Assembly (NCBI GenBank): GCA_039621445.1
Contig: CP154954.1
Location: forward strand, 42,029,572-42,093,571
Direction: 5' to 3'
From: Euglena gracilis
Lineage: Eukaryota
Length of the DNA stretch: 64,000 nt
Of this stretch, positions 40,001-51,997 are shown one piece after another. Each line of letters opens with the position of its first letter. Position 1 is the first letter of the stretch. The notes beneath the pieces were generated by a model that worked only from the letters and a program-made list of their open reading frames with translations, ran no database searches and was not told the DNA's origin. The position numbers were made by a program, and so were the translations under genes.

Positions 40001-42416
40001 GTCGATCCAGGTGGGGGCGGGGTGCAGCTGGCGGTGCCCCCAGGACCCACTGGAGCGAAGCGGACTGGGCTGGGGTTCGATATACGGACAGGTGGGGGTT
40101 AGACCGGGGGGGATCCCACCAAACAGTGGCGCGGTCTGGAGAGCGATCCGGCCCGGCACAAAGCGCCAGGCTGAAAATGTTGCCCCTCCCCAAAATTGGC
40201 CGAATGTGTTTCTTTGGGCACTTTTGGGCAAAACTTCTCAAACATGCCAAGAATTGCCAACAGAAACCCATAGAAATGGAAAATTTTGACTTTGGGGGGT
40301 CGCAGTCCCCCCTCCCCCCGGCGGATCCGGACTCCCTTGGCGGGGTCCGAATGTGTGACAAATGATCCTTCAAAACCCCCAGGGGCGGGGGACCCAGTGG
40401 AGATCTCAAAAAAAGCCACCCCTTGCACGCTGAGCCCCCCCCCAGGTGGAGTCATTGGGCGACTCCCCCCCGCTGTTGCAACCACTGGGCTGCATGGGAG
40501 TGACCTCCCCACCCCATCGCAGTGGGTGTGGGGGTTCCACCCAACCAGGATTATTTCCCTCCCCCTCCTCTGCGGGTATGGGCATATGCAAATTTTGGGG
40601 GAAATGATGTGGTTCTGGAGATGGGTCATGGTATTGCTTGCAACCATAACAGGGTCAATTTTCCATCCCCCCCGGCCGCTCAGGCCCAAAAAATCAATGT
40701 GTTTGGGCTTTTTTTTTCTGGCTGCTTTTTTTCTGGACCTCTTTTGGACCATTTCTGACCCACCAGGGGAGGAGGGGCACAAAACCGGGAGAAAAAACCA
40801 CTCAGACGCTGAGTACCACCCAGTGGGTCCTGTGTGGCGGACCCGCTCCTGCCGGGCGGCCTCCTGGTCCGCCTGCCGGACGGCGTCGGCGGTGACGACG
40901 TTGGTGGCGATGGGGACCTGTGGAAGTAAAAAAATTGAACAACGATGGAGGCTGAGGAACATTTGGAGGAGTTCCAGGGTTTTGGGATGCCTGAAATTCA
41001 CAAACACGGGGAACCTGGGAGCCAGCCCCCCTCTACCCAGCCAAGCACAGGACAGGGGGTTGTTTTTTTTTAAGTTGCAGGGGGGGTCCGGCCGAGCCCC
41101 CCCCCCCCTCCTGGGGAATCACATCATTGCTTATCGACCGGGGGGGGGGGGGTCACTTTCCACTTTCAAAAAAGCGGTCAATCATTTTTCAAAATCCTTC
41201 CAGGGGTTCTCACCAGGGGTTTTTTTTTAAACCGGGGGGGAGGGGGGTCCCCCCCCCACCCACCCACCCCCTGGCCCCCCCCCCCGGGGTCCCGGGGGAC
41301 CCTCAAAAAATGCCGAAAAATCGCGAAAAATGCTAAAAGTAGCACTTTTTCGGTGCCGAAAAGTATATCCCACCCCCCCTTCGGGGGGACCCCCCGGGGG
41401 GGGGGGGGCTCGGCCGGACCCACCCACCCTACCCCCCCCCCTCCCCTCCCCCCCGGGGGTCCACGACTAAAAAACCCCCTGCTTCCCACCCCCCAAACGC
41501 GGCTGGGGTCAGTCACTTTGGCCACTCGGCAATCTGGCCCCGAAAATCGCTCCCCTCCCCCGCCCCGATTTACATCAAAAAAAATCCAAAATTTCACCAT
41601 TGTGGGTTGTTGACCACCAGTGGTTACGGCAATAGTGGGGTTTTTGGGGGTGGGGAACCCAGCTGACCTGGTCCCGGGGGCTGGTCACACTTTTTGGCAC
41701 CCCCCCCCCTCCAGTTCCTGGCATTGAGGCAATCTGCCCCCCCCTGATTTACACCAAAAAAATTGCCAAAATTTCGCCACTGTGGCGTTTACCAGCAGTG
41801 GTTCTGGCAATAATGGGGTTTTGTTGGGCGTGGGGAACTCAGCTGACCACTGGGCATTCTTCAGTGCGTGGACAATCCCCAAGAGAGTCCTTAAGCAATG
41901 GCCTGCCCAGGTAATATTCATTTCAAAAATTTTCAGCCATGCACAAAAAATTGGATTGGTAAAAAATAAAGGGCCACGAGCCACTCCCCCAAATTGGCCG
42001 ATGGGGTGAAAGAGTGGGAATCAGACAATAAAATGGGGAGAGATTGGAGATGATGCACCCTCACCCCCCCCCCCCCTCAAAGTCCCCCCAAGTGGCCAAA
42101 ATTTTGGGCATTGGTTCACCCCCTCAAAGTGGTGGGCGGCCACATTGGGGGGGGGGGGGGGGGGGAGGGAGGGGGAAAAGAGGGGGCAAACCCGGCGGGC
42201 GAGGAGGAGCACGACGGCGGCGGAGATGGCGGCCACGGCCCGCGCTGCCCAGCTGGCTGGGGTGGGGCGTGGAGGCTGTGGGGCTGGGTGGTGGCGCTGC
42301 TGGAGGCGTTCCGCTGGTGCTGTGGGGGCGGTGATGGTGAGCTGCGGGCTGCGGAGGGGTGCGTTGTCGGCGGTGATGTTGGCAATGATGTTGGTGTGAG
42401 GTGTGGCGTTGGGGGG
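34065..42416 (-). CDS. Multi-exon host gene, putative membrane protein of unknown function (partial; 13 exons reconstructed)
   Basis: Phase-consistent exons 42416-42192, 40917-40843, 40027-39950, 39711-39646, 39285-39262, 38619-38548, 38188-38110, 37412-37236, 36660-36595, 36240-36133, 35587-35463, 35286-35193, 34117-34065, joined by 8 GT-AG and 4 stem-type introns. Reads e.g. WAARAVAAISAAVVLLLARR-VPIATNVV..QER-LHPAPTWIDWLFGPITAPYRGIRQLL-EYWWIVETEEEA..CWWWVVPLVTAIGAAGW..LANALAWAAVAGIYGWLWV..DWAWRHSAAYYGVRLAHLVAITAGG..KLKNKLQ*. Some junctions, especially the 24-nt exon, are uncertain. Confidence 0.7.
34118..35192 (-). other. Nonconventional intron in host gene, containing a nested MITE
   Basis: atc-CAGGGTTCAGTGC...GTGCTGTGCCCTG-cacat|G. 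Confidence 0.72.
34502..34871. mobile_element. hAT MITE family E
   Basis: TIR CAGGTTCGATATAAGG / CCTTATATCAAACCCTG; perfect TSD CCATGGGG. Confidence 0.9.
35287..35462 (-). other. Nonconventional intron in host gene
   Basis: ggg-CAGGCCGTTG...CAGTGGCTTG-ccgcc|G. Joins GNPPA-APPAAPP and skips a TAA. Confidence 0.72.
35588..36132 (-). other. Nonconventional intron in host gene
   Basis: acc-CAGGCTT...AAGCCTG-ccgcc|A. Joins ALVL-QAPAPFINTRSPLQVW. Confidence 0.72.
37437..37661. mobile_element. hAT MITE family F
   Basis: CAGGGTTTTTT...AAAAACCCCCTG; perfect TSD GGCCAAAC. Relatives at ~35842 and ~41213. Confidence 0.9.
39712..39949 (-). other. Nonconventional intron in host gene
   Basis: gag-CAGGCTGGGTGTTG...CAATACTCAGCCTG-ccggc|G; 14-bp stem. 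Joins RQLL-EYWW. Confidence 0.85.
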
Positions 42417-43331
42417 CTGGAAACGGACGGGGATGAAGCTGCTTGGAATCAGAGGTTTTTGAGCACCTGGGGGGGTCTGGACCACACCATTGCTGACCGG
42501 CTGGGGGGGGGGGTCGTTCTCCACTATCGAAAAACCAGTCAGTCACTTCTCAAAAACCATTCACCCTTCCTGCACCCCCCACGGCCACGGGGAGGGGGGT
42601 TGGTCGCTTTGGTTTCTCAGCCAAAAAATGGCCAAAAAATCAAAGGATTTTGGTTAAAAATCCAAAACCAATTTGTGCGCATGGGCCCTCACCCCCCCCC
42701 CTCAAAGTGGCCACCCTCTGGGCACTGTTGGACCCAAAATGGCCACTCTGGGGGGGGGTCAAATTTTGGCCTTTGGCGCCAAAAGAAAACGGCCCCGTTA
42801 AGGTGGGTAAACCAAAATCTGCAAAAAAATTGTCCACTTTGAGGGGGGGGTTGAGGGCATACGGGGGCCGCGTACCCCCTCATCCCCCTGCAATTTTTTT
42901 TTAGATCGGGGGAGGGGGGCCCCGCCTCCCTCCCACCCACCCAGGGTGGCGCGGGACCCCACCCCCGGGGGGGACCCCCCCAAAATCGGGCCCGAAAAGG
43001 TATATACCCGGCGCCTCTGGCGCGGGACCCCCCCCCCGGGAGGTCACCCACCCACCCACCCTCCCCCCCCCCCGGTCTTCTGACTTTAAAAGAAGCCTGC
43101 CTGGGGGACCCAACCCACTTTCCCCTGAAAAGGCCAAGAAAATCGTGAAAAATGCTGAAAATAGCATTTCTCAAAAAAATTTCGGCGCCGAAAATACATC
43201 CCACCCCCCTCTGGGGACCCCCCGGGGGGGGGGGGGGGGGGGTCGGCCGGACCAACCCACCCTTCCCCCCCCCAGGGGTCCAAGACTTAAAAAAAAAAAA
43301 CCCGTGGTCCCCCCCTATGTATTATTTGCAC

Positions 43332-43592
43332 CAGGCTTCTTTTCAAGGGTGGAGGGGGGTCCCCCTCCACCCACCCAGGGTGGCGCGGGACCCACCCCCG
43401 GGGGGGGGGACCCCCCCAAAATCGGGCCCGTTAAAAGCAACTTTCAAAAATTTTCGGCGCAAAGCGCCGAAAAGGTATACCCAGCGCCTCTGGCGCGGGA
43501 CCCCCCGGGGGGGGGGGGTCCGGCCCGGATCCACCCCCCCCCCCCCCCCCTCCCCCAGTGGGGGGGGGTCAGGTGACTTAAAAAGAAGCCTG
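43332..43592. mobile_element. hAT MITE
   Basis: TIR CAGGCTTCTTTT / AAAAGAAGCCTG; TSD atttgcac/attggcac. Confidence 0.88.
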
Positions 43593-44021
43593 ATTGGCAC
43601 ACTCGGCACTTATTCCTTTCACTGGATTGCTTTTCGGAAATCAGTGTTCGACAGGACAAAAACTAATTGCAGGAAATGTTTGCCCACGGCTGGCAAGAAC
43701 AAACCTGTCAAAATTTTTGCCCAGCACCGTCAAAAAAAAATTGCCCAAAGGTCTCAAAAGTTTTTGCACTACGCCCCCAAATATATTTCCACTCTGTCAT
43801 TTTCACTTGCTCAATGAAAAAAAACCTGACATTGGACAATGGAAAAATATCCATTGGTTGAAGTTTCAAAGGGCAACTGTGCAGAACACCCGATCCAAAT
43901 GCAAAATTTTCCGAACGGAGGCAAATACTTTGGGGACAAGGTGCAAACATTTTTGAGACAAAACGCAAACAAGTTGGTGGCGGAAGTGCAAAAAATACAC
44001 GGTCTGAACCTGTTCAGCAAC

Positions 44022-45830
44022 CGCTTAAGGCAGCCTCAGGAGGAGGCAGTGGAAGTGTATAAGTAGCTGGGGGTGCGGAAGGCCATTCGAGGCTCGCTGA
44101 GGGCACACCATTGCTCAGCAGGGGGGGGGGGTCACTTTCCACTCTGAGAAAACCAGTCACTCACTTTCCCAAAAAAACCAGTCAGTCACTTCACCCCCAT
44201 CGGGGATCGGCCACTCTTAAATGATGAGGAGCCAATGAAAATTTGCCAAAACGTCCCAGAAAATCCAAAAAAATTGCCAGGCCAGCCACTTTTTCTTTTC
44301 GGGCCTACCCCACCCCGGGGGAGGGGGGGGCATTCTTGGCCAGAAAACCAGTCAGTCACTCTGAAAAAACCAGTCAGTCACCCCGGGGGGGGGGGGGGGG
44401 GGGACAGGTGTTAAGCAATGGCATTGCCGAGGGGCTCTGGCTGGGGCTCATCGAGGGGCTCTGGCTGGGGCTCATCGAGGGGGTCCGGCTTGTCGAGGGG
44501 CTCTGGCTTGGGCTTGTCGAGGGGCTCTGGCTCGGGCTTGTCGAGGGGCTCTGGCTCGGGCTTCTCGAGGGGCTCTGGCTCGGGCTTGTCGAGGGGCTCT
44601 GGCTCGGGCTTGTCGAGGGGCTCTGGCTCGGGCTTCTCGAGGGGCTCTGGCTCGGGCTTCTCGAGGGGCTCTGGCTCAGGCTTGTCGAGGGGCTCTGACT
44701 GGGGCTCAGTGAGGGGCTCGGGCTCGGGCTTCTCGAGGGGCTCTGGCTCGGGCTTGTCGAGGGGCTCTGGCTCAGGCTTGTCGAGGGGCTCTGACTGGGG
44801 CTCATCGAGGGGCTCTGGCTCGGGCTTCTCGAGGGGCTCTGGCTCGGGCTCAGTGAGGGGCTCATGGAGGGGCTCTGGCTCAGCCTCAGCAAGGGGCTCT
44901 GGCTCCAGTTCAGCAAGAGGCTCTGGCTCCGGCTCGTTGAGGGGCTGTGGCTCAGCTTCGGCCTCATCAGACTCTGGCTCCTGTTCATGGAGGGACTCTG
45001 GCTCGGACTGGGCCTCGTCGAGGAGCTCTGGCTCCGGCTCGTCGAGGGGCTGGCTGAGGAGCTCTGGCTGGGGCTCGTCGAGGGGCTGGGGCTCCGGCTC
45101 AGCAAGAGGCTTTGGCTCCGGCTCGCCGAGGGGCTCTGGCTGGGCCACATGGGCAGGGGTGGCATTGGGGAGTGCCAGCCAAGGGGAAGGGGAAGTGATT
45201 AGGTTGGGGAGGGAGAGTCTAGAAGGGGAGGGGAGGGCATTTCGAAGTCTAGAGGGAGGGGAGGGGAGTGCGAGTCTAGGGGGAGGGGAGGGGAGGGCAA
45301 GTCTAGGGGGAGGGGAGGGGAGGGCGTAGCGGAGGGGAGGGGCGGGGAGGGAGAGGCAAAGGGGAGGGGGGGAGGGGAGGCGCAGCGGAGGGGAGGGGCG
45401 GGGAGGGAGAGTCCAAGGGAAGGGGAGGGGAGGGCGTAGCGGAGGGGAGGGGCAGGGAGGGAGAGTCTAAGGGGAGGGGAGGGGAGGGCGAGGCGAAGGG
45501 GAGGGGAGGGGAGGGAGCGACGGAGGGGAGGGGCTGGGAGGGAGAGTCTAATGGGAGGGGAGGGGAGGGCGAGTCTAAGGGGAGGGGAGGGGAGTGCGAG
45601 TCTAAGGGGAGGGGAGGGGAGGGCGCAGCGGAGGGGAGGGGCGGGGAGGGAGAGTCTAATGGGAGGGGAGGGGAGGGCGAGTCTAAGGGGAGGGGAGGGG
45701 AGGGAGCGTCGAAGAGGAGGGGCGGGGAGGGCAAGAGGGGAGGGGAGGGCGTAGCGGAGGGGAGGGGCGGGGAGGGCAAGTCTAAAGGGAGGGGAGGGGA
45801 GGGAGCGTCGAAGAGGGGGGAGGGGGAATT
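44022..45830 (-). CDS. Ser/Pro-rich repeat exon(s): SPPLP repeats, then SPSQ/SPST (or PEPL) 24-bp repeats; probably the 5' part of the same host gene
   Basis: 24-bp tandem units at 44430-45140 and G-rich ~30-bp units at 45200-45820. The repeat continues across the MITE at 44104-44425. The frame is ambiguous and broken near 45200-45360, and the link to exon 42416 is unresolved. Confidence 0.45.
44104..44425. mobile_element. hAT MITE family B inserted in coding repeat (predicted intron 44099-44428)
   Basis: TIR CACACCATTGCTCA / TAAGCAATGGCATT; TSD gctgaggg/gccgaggg. Confidence 0.85.
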
Positions 45831-48401
45831 TTGAAAGGGTGTGGGGAATGAATTTTTGTCAGCATGCAATTGCTCCAGCAGCCAAAACATTGTGATGAAA
45901 AAATGAAAATAAGCCCACTTCGGTCATTCTGACAGCCAAAAAAAATGTGACAAAAAAACAAAACAAAAATAAACGATGAAACACCAAGAAATCATCACCA
46001 ATGCTTTATGGTCACCCAAGGGAAATGTTTCATGAAGGAACTGATTCCCACTGCCCAATTTTCTTGCAAAGTAATTTTCTGCAAAGTGAAGCAACTGTGT
46101 GGCTGGTTTGCTGGCAAAGTCAGCAGGGGGGTGGGGACTGCCAGGTGGGGGGTTTGCGCTGCGGGGCGCTGCCACTCCACCTGCGAGACAGGAAAACAGA
46201 AGCAATGGTGATGTCATTGGTATTGGTGACCCTAGATGCCATGCCCCCCCCCCAAATTGGTGGGGGTAAAAAAAAAGAGCAGACAGGGGTTTTGGAATTG
46301 CCAGAAATGAAAAATTCGCACCAAACTGCCCCAGGCCCAATCAGCCGTTCGGTTTTCGGAAATTCACTGTGCCAGAGATTGGCCGTTTTAACCCCTGATC
46401 CCCCCCCCCCCCCCGAATCTTGCCTCGCCCCAAGATCAAAGCCGGGAGGACGCTGGGAGGGGGGAAAAAGAGGGAAAAATCAGCAGAATGTTGCAAAAAA
46501 AACACACAAATGGATGAAAGTAAAAATTGGTGTAGGAAATATGCCAAATCCCAATTTTTTCTTAAAAAAGCCCAAAAAAAGTGTTGAATCTGAAGACGAC
46601 AAGTCGACAACAAGGTAATCCGAAGACGACAACAAGGTCCAGCACTCCACTACAGCATTGCCACTGTCACCACCACTGTCACTTCCATGACACACTGGAC
46701 TGTCACTGCACTGCCGCTGCCTGCACTCATGAAGACGGATCCTCCTCCCCGATCCAGCACAGAGCGACCAAAACCCCCCTTTCCAAACGAGCCATTTCAT
46801 GAGCCAAACTGATGCCACCCCAAAAACCCAAAACCTCCAACACTCAAAAGATTAAAAAATTTGATGTTTTAGAATACATTGAAAAAGAAAGACCAAATTA
46901 ACACTTTGAAGGCACATCAAAAACCATCACTGGTAAAGTTCATCGGCCGACCTGCTGTATTGTTCACTGGTGAACTTCAACGGAGAGACAGGTCCACCCC
47001 CCCAGCCTGACCAGGGTGGGTATGACTTTTTCGAGACATTTACCTTGGATAATTCGGTCCCATCGCTGCGAACTGGGCAGTTGCAAGAAAAGTGCTGGAA
47101 TTCCCCGGTGCCACTGATCGCTGGGTGTGATTCTGCTGGATGTGATTTGCCTTAAATCAGTGGCTCTGACTGTTCAGAGGGTTTCGCAACGAAACTGAAC
47201 TTCAGACAAGTGACACATGGTGATTTATTGCATTTCCTCCTGAAAATTCTCTTGCTCTAAAACAACGTAAGGTGACTGGACGAAAGCTGTGAAGATTTCA
47301 AACTGGACCGCGCTGCCTCTTCTTTCGTTTGGGTGCACTGCAGTGGCAGTGCAGTGCCGTGCAGTGGAGCGGCAATGCCACAACAATGAACTGGCAGCAG
47401 CAGTGCAGTGGTTTTTGTTTCAAAACAAAGAGGAATGACAGTGGTGGTGCAGCGCAATGGCACTGGCAGTGCAGTGCAGTGGCAGTTACAGATTGGACTT
47501 TCCAACTCCTTGTGAAGCGTCAGCTGGAAATTTTCCAAACTGCAAGTTCTTGCTGTTTCATTTAAATGCCGGCTTTTGAGATAATGATTGGTTGGGACCT
47601 ACTTGCGCTGATCAAGGGCCCAGGACAACCAACAAATTTTTTTGCAATAAAAAATTCACGGAGATAAAGAAATTCAAAGTGACATAAACAAAACAAAGCA
47701 CACCAGCAGACTGTTGTTCAAGATGAAGAAGAGGAAAAAATAACCCATGGCTTGATTGCGTAGTTGCGTAATTCCAAATTCTGTTCGCGTAGCAAACGTG
47801 AAACAATCCTCGGGCCTACCCAGAGAGTCAAGTTCGTATGCACCCGGCAGGGGGCTGCGGATCAGACCGTCGGTTCTCCCCCGGGGAAACTTGGGTGGCC
47901 CAGCGGGGGCTCTGGCCCCTTCTGGGTGGCACCGGAGTGTGGCGCACCGGTGCCGAGGATCGCTATCGACTGGGTCACCAGCCGGTCACCTAAACGCGGT
48001 CGATGCTGATGAGGTAACCGCGCATGGTGGCTCAATGTACAGTCAGGCCCATGTGAGCCCCCGGAGAAGCCAAAGCGCCTTGGGACAAAGGTGCTCCATG
48101 AAAAGTGGGGGCGCACGGCGCATAACGACACCCCGAGTCCCGAGGGAGGAGACCTGGGTGACCCTCGCGATCCCTCCTCCTCTCACCCGGACAGGAAACC
48201 TGTGAGACGTGGAAGCCGGTGGTGGAGGGTGCCAAGGGACCATGACTCGCCGTCCACCATCGGTTTGGGTGCCCTTGTGGCCTTGACTAGCCCGACCCAC
48301 CTCACAAAAGCCCTAGTCCAAATGCCATATGGAAAGGTTCCAGCCCAGGGGTGCAACCAGCCCTCAGGGAGGGTGGAGCCCCGAAGGAATAAGCGGTTTC
48401 T

Positions 48402-48974
48402 GGACATCACCTGCTATGTTGCAAATTCAACAACCTTTACAAGCAACATGCAGCGGTCCAAGACTTCCTCACCTCCCTGGCTCACCGCGCCGGATTCCAA
48501 GCCAAAAAAGAACAACGGGCTGATGACAATTCCCGCCCTGGTGATATCTTCATTCCTCACCTTGACAGCGAAGGCCCAGTCGCAATCGACGTCACCATCC
48601 GTCACACACAGGCCCCAAGCAACCCTCTGAGCCGCGCCGCACAACTCCCGATTTGGCAAGAAAAACAAGAAGCAGACAAACACCGCAAATATGATGCAAC
48701 TTGTTTGAGACGAGGCTGGCGCCTCACCCCGTTTGTGCTTGACTGCTTTGGCGGCATGGGGCAGCAAGGTCGTTCTCTGATGTCCACTCTCCTTAAAGCC
48801 TTGTTACGGCAAAGGGAGAGTTGGCTTCAGCGCCAAACCGAAGCAGAAGTATGGCAAGGACTCTCACTCACCCTGGCCAAAGAAATCTCTAAACCGCTGG
48901 TTTGGAGCTTCTACACCAACCTGTCAAATGACACTGACCTGTCTGCCGGTTGCCACCTCCCGTGTTCCCAGTAA
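48402..48974 (+). mobile_element. 3' fragment of a CRE-like (RLE-type) non-LTR retrotransposon: end of zinc knuckle plus restriction-like endonuclease
   Basis: Open frame from 48402: GHHLLCCKFNNLYKQHAAVQDFL..SRPGDIFIPHLDSEGPVAIDVTIRH..EADKHRKY..LTPFVLDCFGGMG..VWQGLSLTL*. No reverse transcriptase domain visible upstream. Confidence 0.8.
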
Positions 48975-49525
48975 ACACCTTTGTTCACCACCTATCGACC
49001 TTGGTTAACCCACCTCCTCCACTTGAACCCAACCCGCCTCATACTCCTATCCTCTCCATCCATAAGTGTCACAAGGGGGGGTCGGGGGGGGGGACGGCCG
49101 CCCCCCCCCCCGGGATTTTGGAAGGAAATTTTTTTGCAGCATGAATGTGATATTTTTCTTTGTAATGCCATGTTCAATGGTTCAAAGGGCGTTACCGTCT
49201 CGGCTGCCTTCGGCAGCCACTCCACTTACAGAAAGTTTTTTTTCTCTTCGAATCGACCACGTGAGGGGTCCTGGGGGCACCAGAGTTGTGAAATTAGGAT
49301 TTCCCAGTGACAGAAAATAAGAGCTGGAGGCGTGGCTGAATTTGGTTGTGATCGCCAGTCGTCTGATGAAAAGAGCTTTCGATTGAGGGGTGAGTTTGTA
49401 CTTGGACGATTGACACAGCCAGAAATACCCTCGCGATCGCCGGAATTTGGTGAAATGCAAAGTGGCGTGACATTGCATATCAGTGGTCAGAGATTGGTCC
49501 TGGGAGTGTCCTGTGACCGAAGGGT

Positions 49526-49763
49526 GGGGACGCCGGTTCTGTCCTGAACCCAGCGTCTCTAAAACGCAGCTTTAAACAAGGGGTGGCGGACGCCGGTTCT
49601 GTCCAAAGCCCGGCGTTCCGGACGCCGGTTCCGTCCGAAGGACGTCCGAAGGACGGAACCGGCGTCCGGAACGCCGGGCTTTGGACAGAACCGGCGTCCG
49701 CCACCCTTTTTTGTAGTAAAACCGGCATTTGAGACGCCGTTCAGGACAGAACCGGCGTCCCCC
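49526..49763. repeat. ~240-bp foldback palindrome built from GACGCCGGTTCTGTCC units
   Basis: Near-perfect inverted arms centred near 49643; two more units extend to ~49845. Confidence 0.85.
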
Positions 49764-51997
49764 CCCCACGGGTTTTCCGGACGCCGGTTCTGTCCTAAAA
49801 CCCGGCGTCAGGAACGCCGGTTCTGTCCAAAACCCAGCGTCCGGTTTGGATTTTGGCCACAAACCAACTTTTTTTTCCGACCTTTGGCACTAATTGTTTT
49901 TTGGGACCCCACAAACCACTTTCACCTTGGTTGTTTGAGTACAAGTTGGTGTCCCCATATGTCCCCCTCCCTCCAGTTTCTTCATTTTCTTGACCAGCTG
50001 AGTTTGAGGGAAACTCTTCGAGTCAACAAAAAAAAATGATTTTGCGCAAAGTGAAAAAAAATGGCTTCTTCACCCCCCCCACACATATGGCACGAAGTGG
50101 GGAGTAGCAAGGGGGGGTAAGGGGGGTAAGGGGGGGTGAGGGGTCCCCACTTCGTGCCATGTCTCCCCCCCAGGTTACGAAGTCGACAGTTGGGTTGAGT
50201 TGGGAGGTTTCCAAAGGGGTTCTACCCATGATTTCGCTTTCTAGCTCAAGTTTTTGGAGCATTGGACTTCAAAAAAGGCGTGAGCGTCAGCCCCTTCGGG
50301 GCCAGGGGGACAGAAAAAAGTACATTTTGGTTGTGCCATGAAAAAAATTTTCCTCGGCGCTTCGTGCCGGGGGAAAAAAGGATGTGCTCCAAATTTTGTC
50401 GGTTCCTCCCCCCCCCTGGGAAAAAATTGTTCCGACACCGCTGTCTCCATCCTCCCCTTGCTATGCCACCAACGGCAGTGTAGCCGTTTCGAGACCAAAG
50501 CTAAAACTTAACTCCAACCCATGAATACATGGAGCAAAACAACCCAAGCCCAAGCTGACACTCCCTGACACGCCACCTAAGGACCCGACACACACACGCC
50601 ATCCAACGGCAAGAAAAGCAACACACGCCCCAAAGCCAAAAAACCCGACACAAACACGCCATCGCGTGGCAAAAGAGGTACAAACGCCCCCCTCCCCGCC
50701 CAATGGGGGGTTGGTACACCCCTCCCCCCCCCCTCTCCGAGGGCCTCGCCACGCCATTTAGGGGGTGTGATCCCCGTGTCCCCCCCCGTGTCCCCCCCCG
50801 TGTCCCCCCCGTGTCCCGTACTTCAGGGGGGTCCCTAGAAGGCGGCCAAGGCAACATGCAGCATGAATTTTTAGCTGTTTGGCATCATTTTCCACTTTTT
50901 TTTATGGATTCTCAAGGCCATTTTGACTTTCCCCCACCCACAATCCCTTTTTTTTTCACCTAGGATGGCATGGAGCTTGGCTCGGGGTCAATGTGAAATG
51001 AATTTTTGGTCCCTCAAAAAGTCACAAATTTCGTCCCGGAAGGTCCCAAAAAGAGGCATGTTTCCCCCGTGTCCCCCCCCGTGTCCCCCCCCGTGCCCCC
51101 CCCGTGTCCCGCCCCACCCCCTTACCCCCCCGCCCCCCCCCCCTAGCCGGACCCCCTTGCCACGCCACCGGCGATTTTCGCAATTTTTTGATTGTTGGCG
51201 ACCATGGTGCACCCCCCCCCCTGGTCGCCGACCCCTCGCCACGCCATTTACCCCCCCTCCCCCCCCTATTCGGACCCCCTCGCCACGGCGTACCAACCCC
51301 CCAATATACCCCCCCCCCATATTGTCCCAACCACCTTCCCACTGGGACCCCAAATGGACAATATGGGGGGGACAATATGGGGGTACCAAAGGAAATTTCA
51401 TTGGCCGAGCCAAAAAAACCCCCCGTCGGCCGGGCCGAGGGACAATATGGGGGGGGACAATATGGGGGGGGGGGTATTGAAGGTGACCTTGGCTCATCTT
51501 CCTCTAACCACGAACCGCACCCTGAACAATCTGCACTCTTTTGTACATTAAACCCACAGTATAAGCAACCCGCCACACCGGCACAGGGAGTCACAAGGGG
51601 GTTCCTCTTGTGGCGAGGGCCAAAAGAGACGTTTCCCTGGGCCCGGGGCACGGTCTGGGTGAAGCTGTGCTACCCGCCGTGAGAGTCAAGTGAGGTTCAC
51701 CTCTTGCGCTACTGCCTGGATGCATGCTGAGTCTTCCACCTCCTCCGCTCCACTTACTGGTGCTGCAGTTCTCACGATACACAGCCGCCAGCTCGGCGTC
51801 CGTCAGGACACGACAACAGGGATATCCTCAACCAAACCAGGCAGGAATGAAACGGAAAAGGCCATGACAAGACAGAAAATTTTGACCTTCCCTGGCTGGG
51901 GTCGGGAAGTTTTTCGTTTTGCGTATCGTTTTCGATCAACATCAACATACACAGAGCAATTGCGCCTCTCGGCGTACAGCACACCGGGGCTTGGTGC

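Noticed and set aside
44418-45329. Plus-strand SRGSGSG repeat ORF
   Set aside because: Most likely the antisense of the minus-strand Ser/Pro repeat, since neighbouring exons are all on the minus strand.
48004-48040. CTGATGAG as a hammerhead ribozyme core
   Set aside because: No stem II followed by GAAA at the required position.
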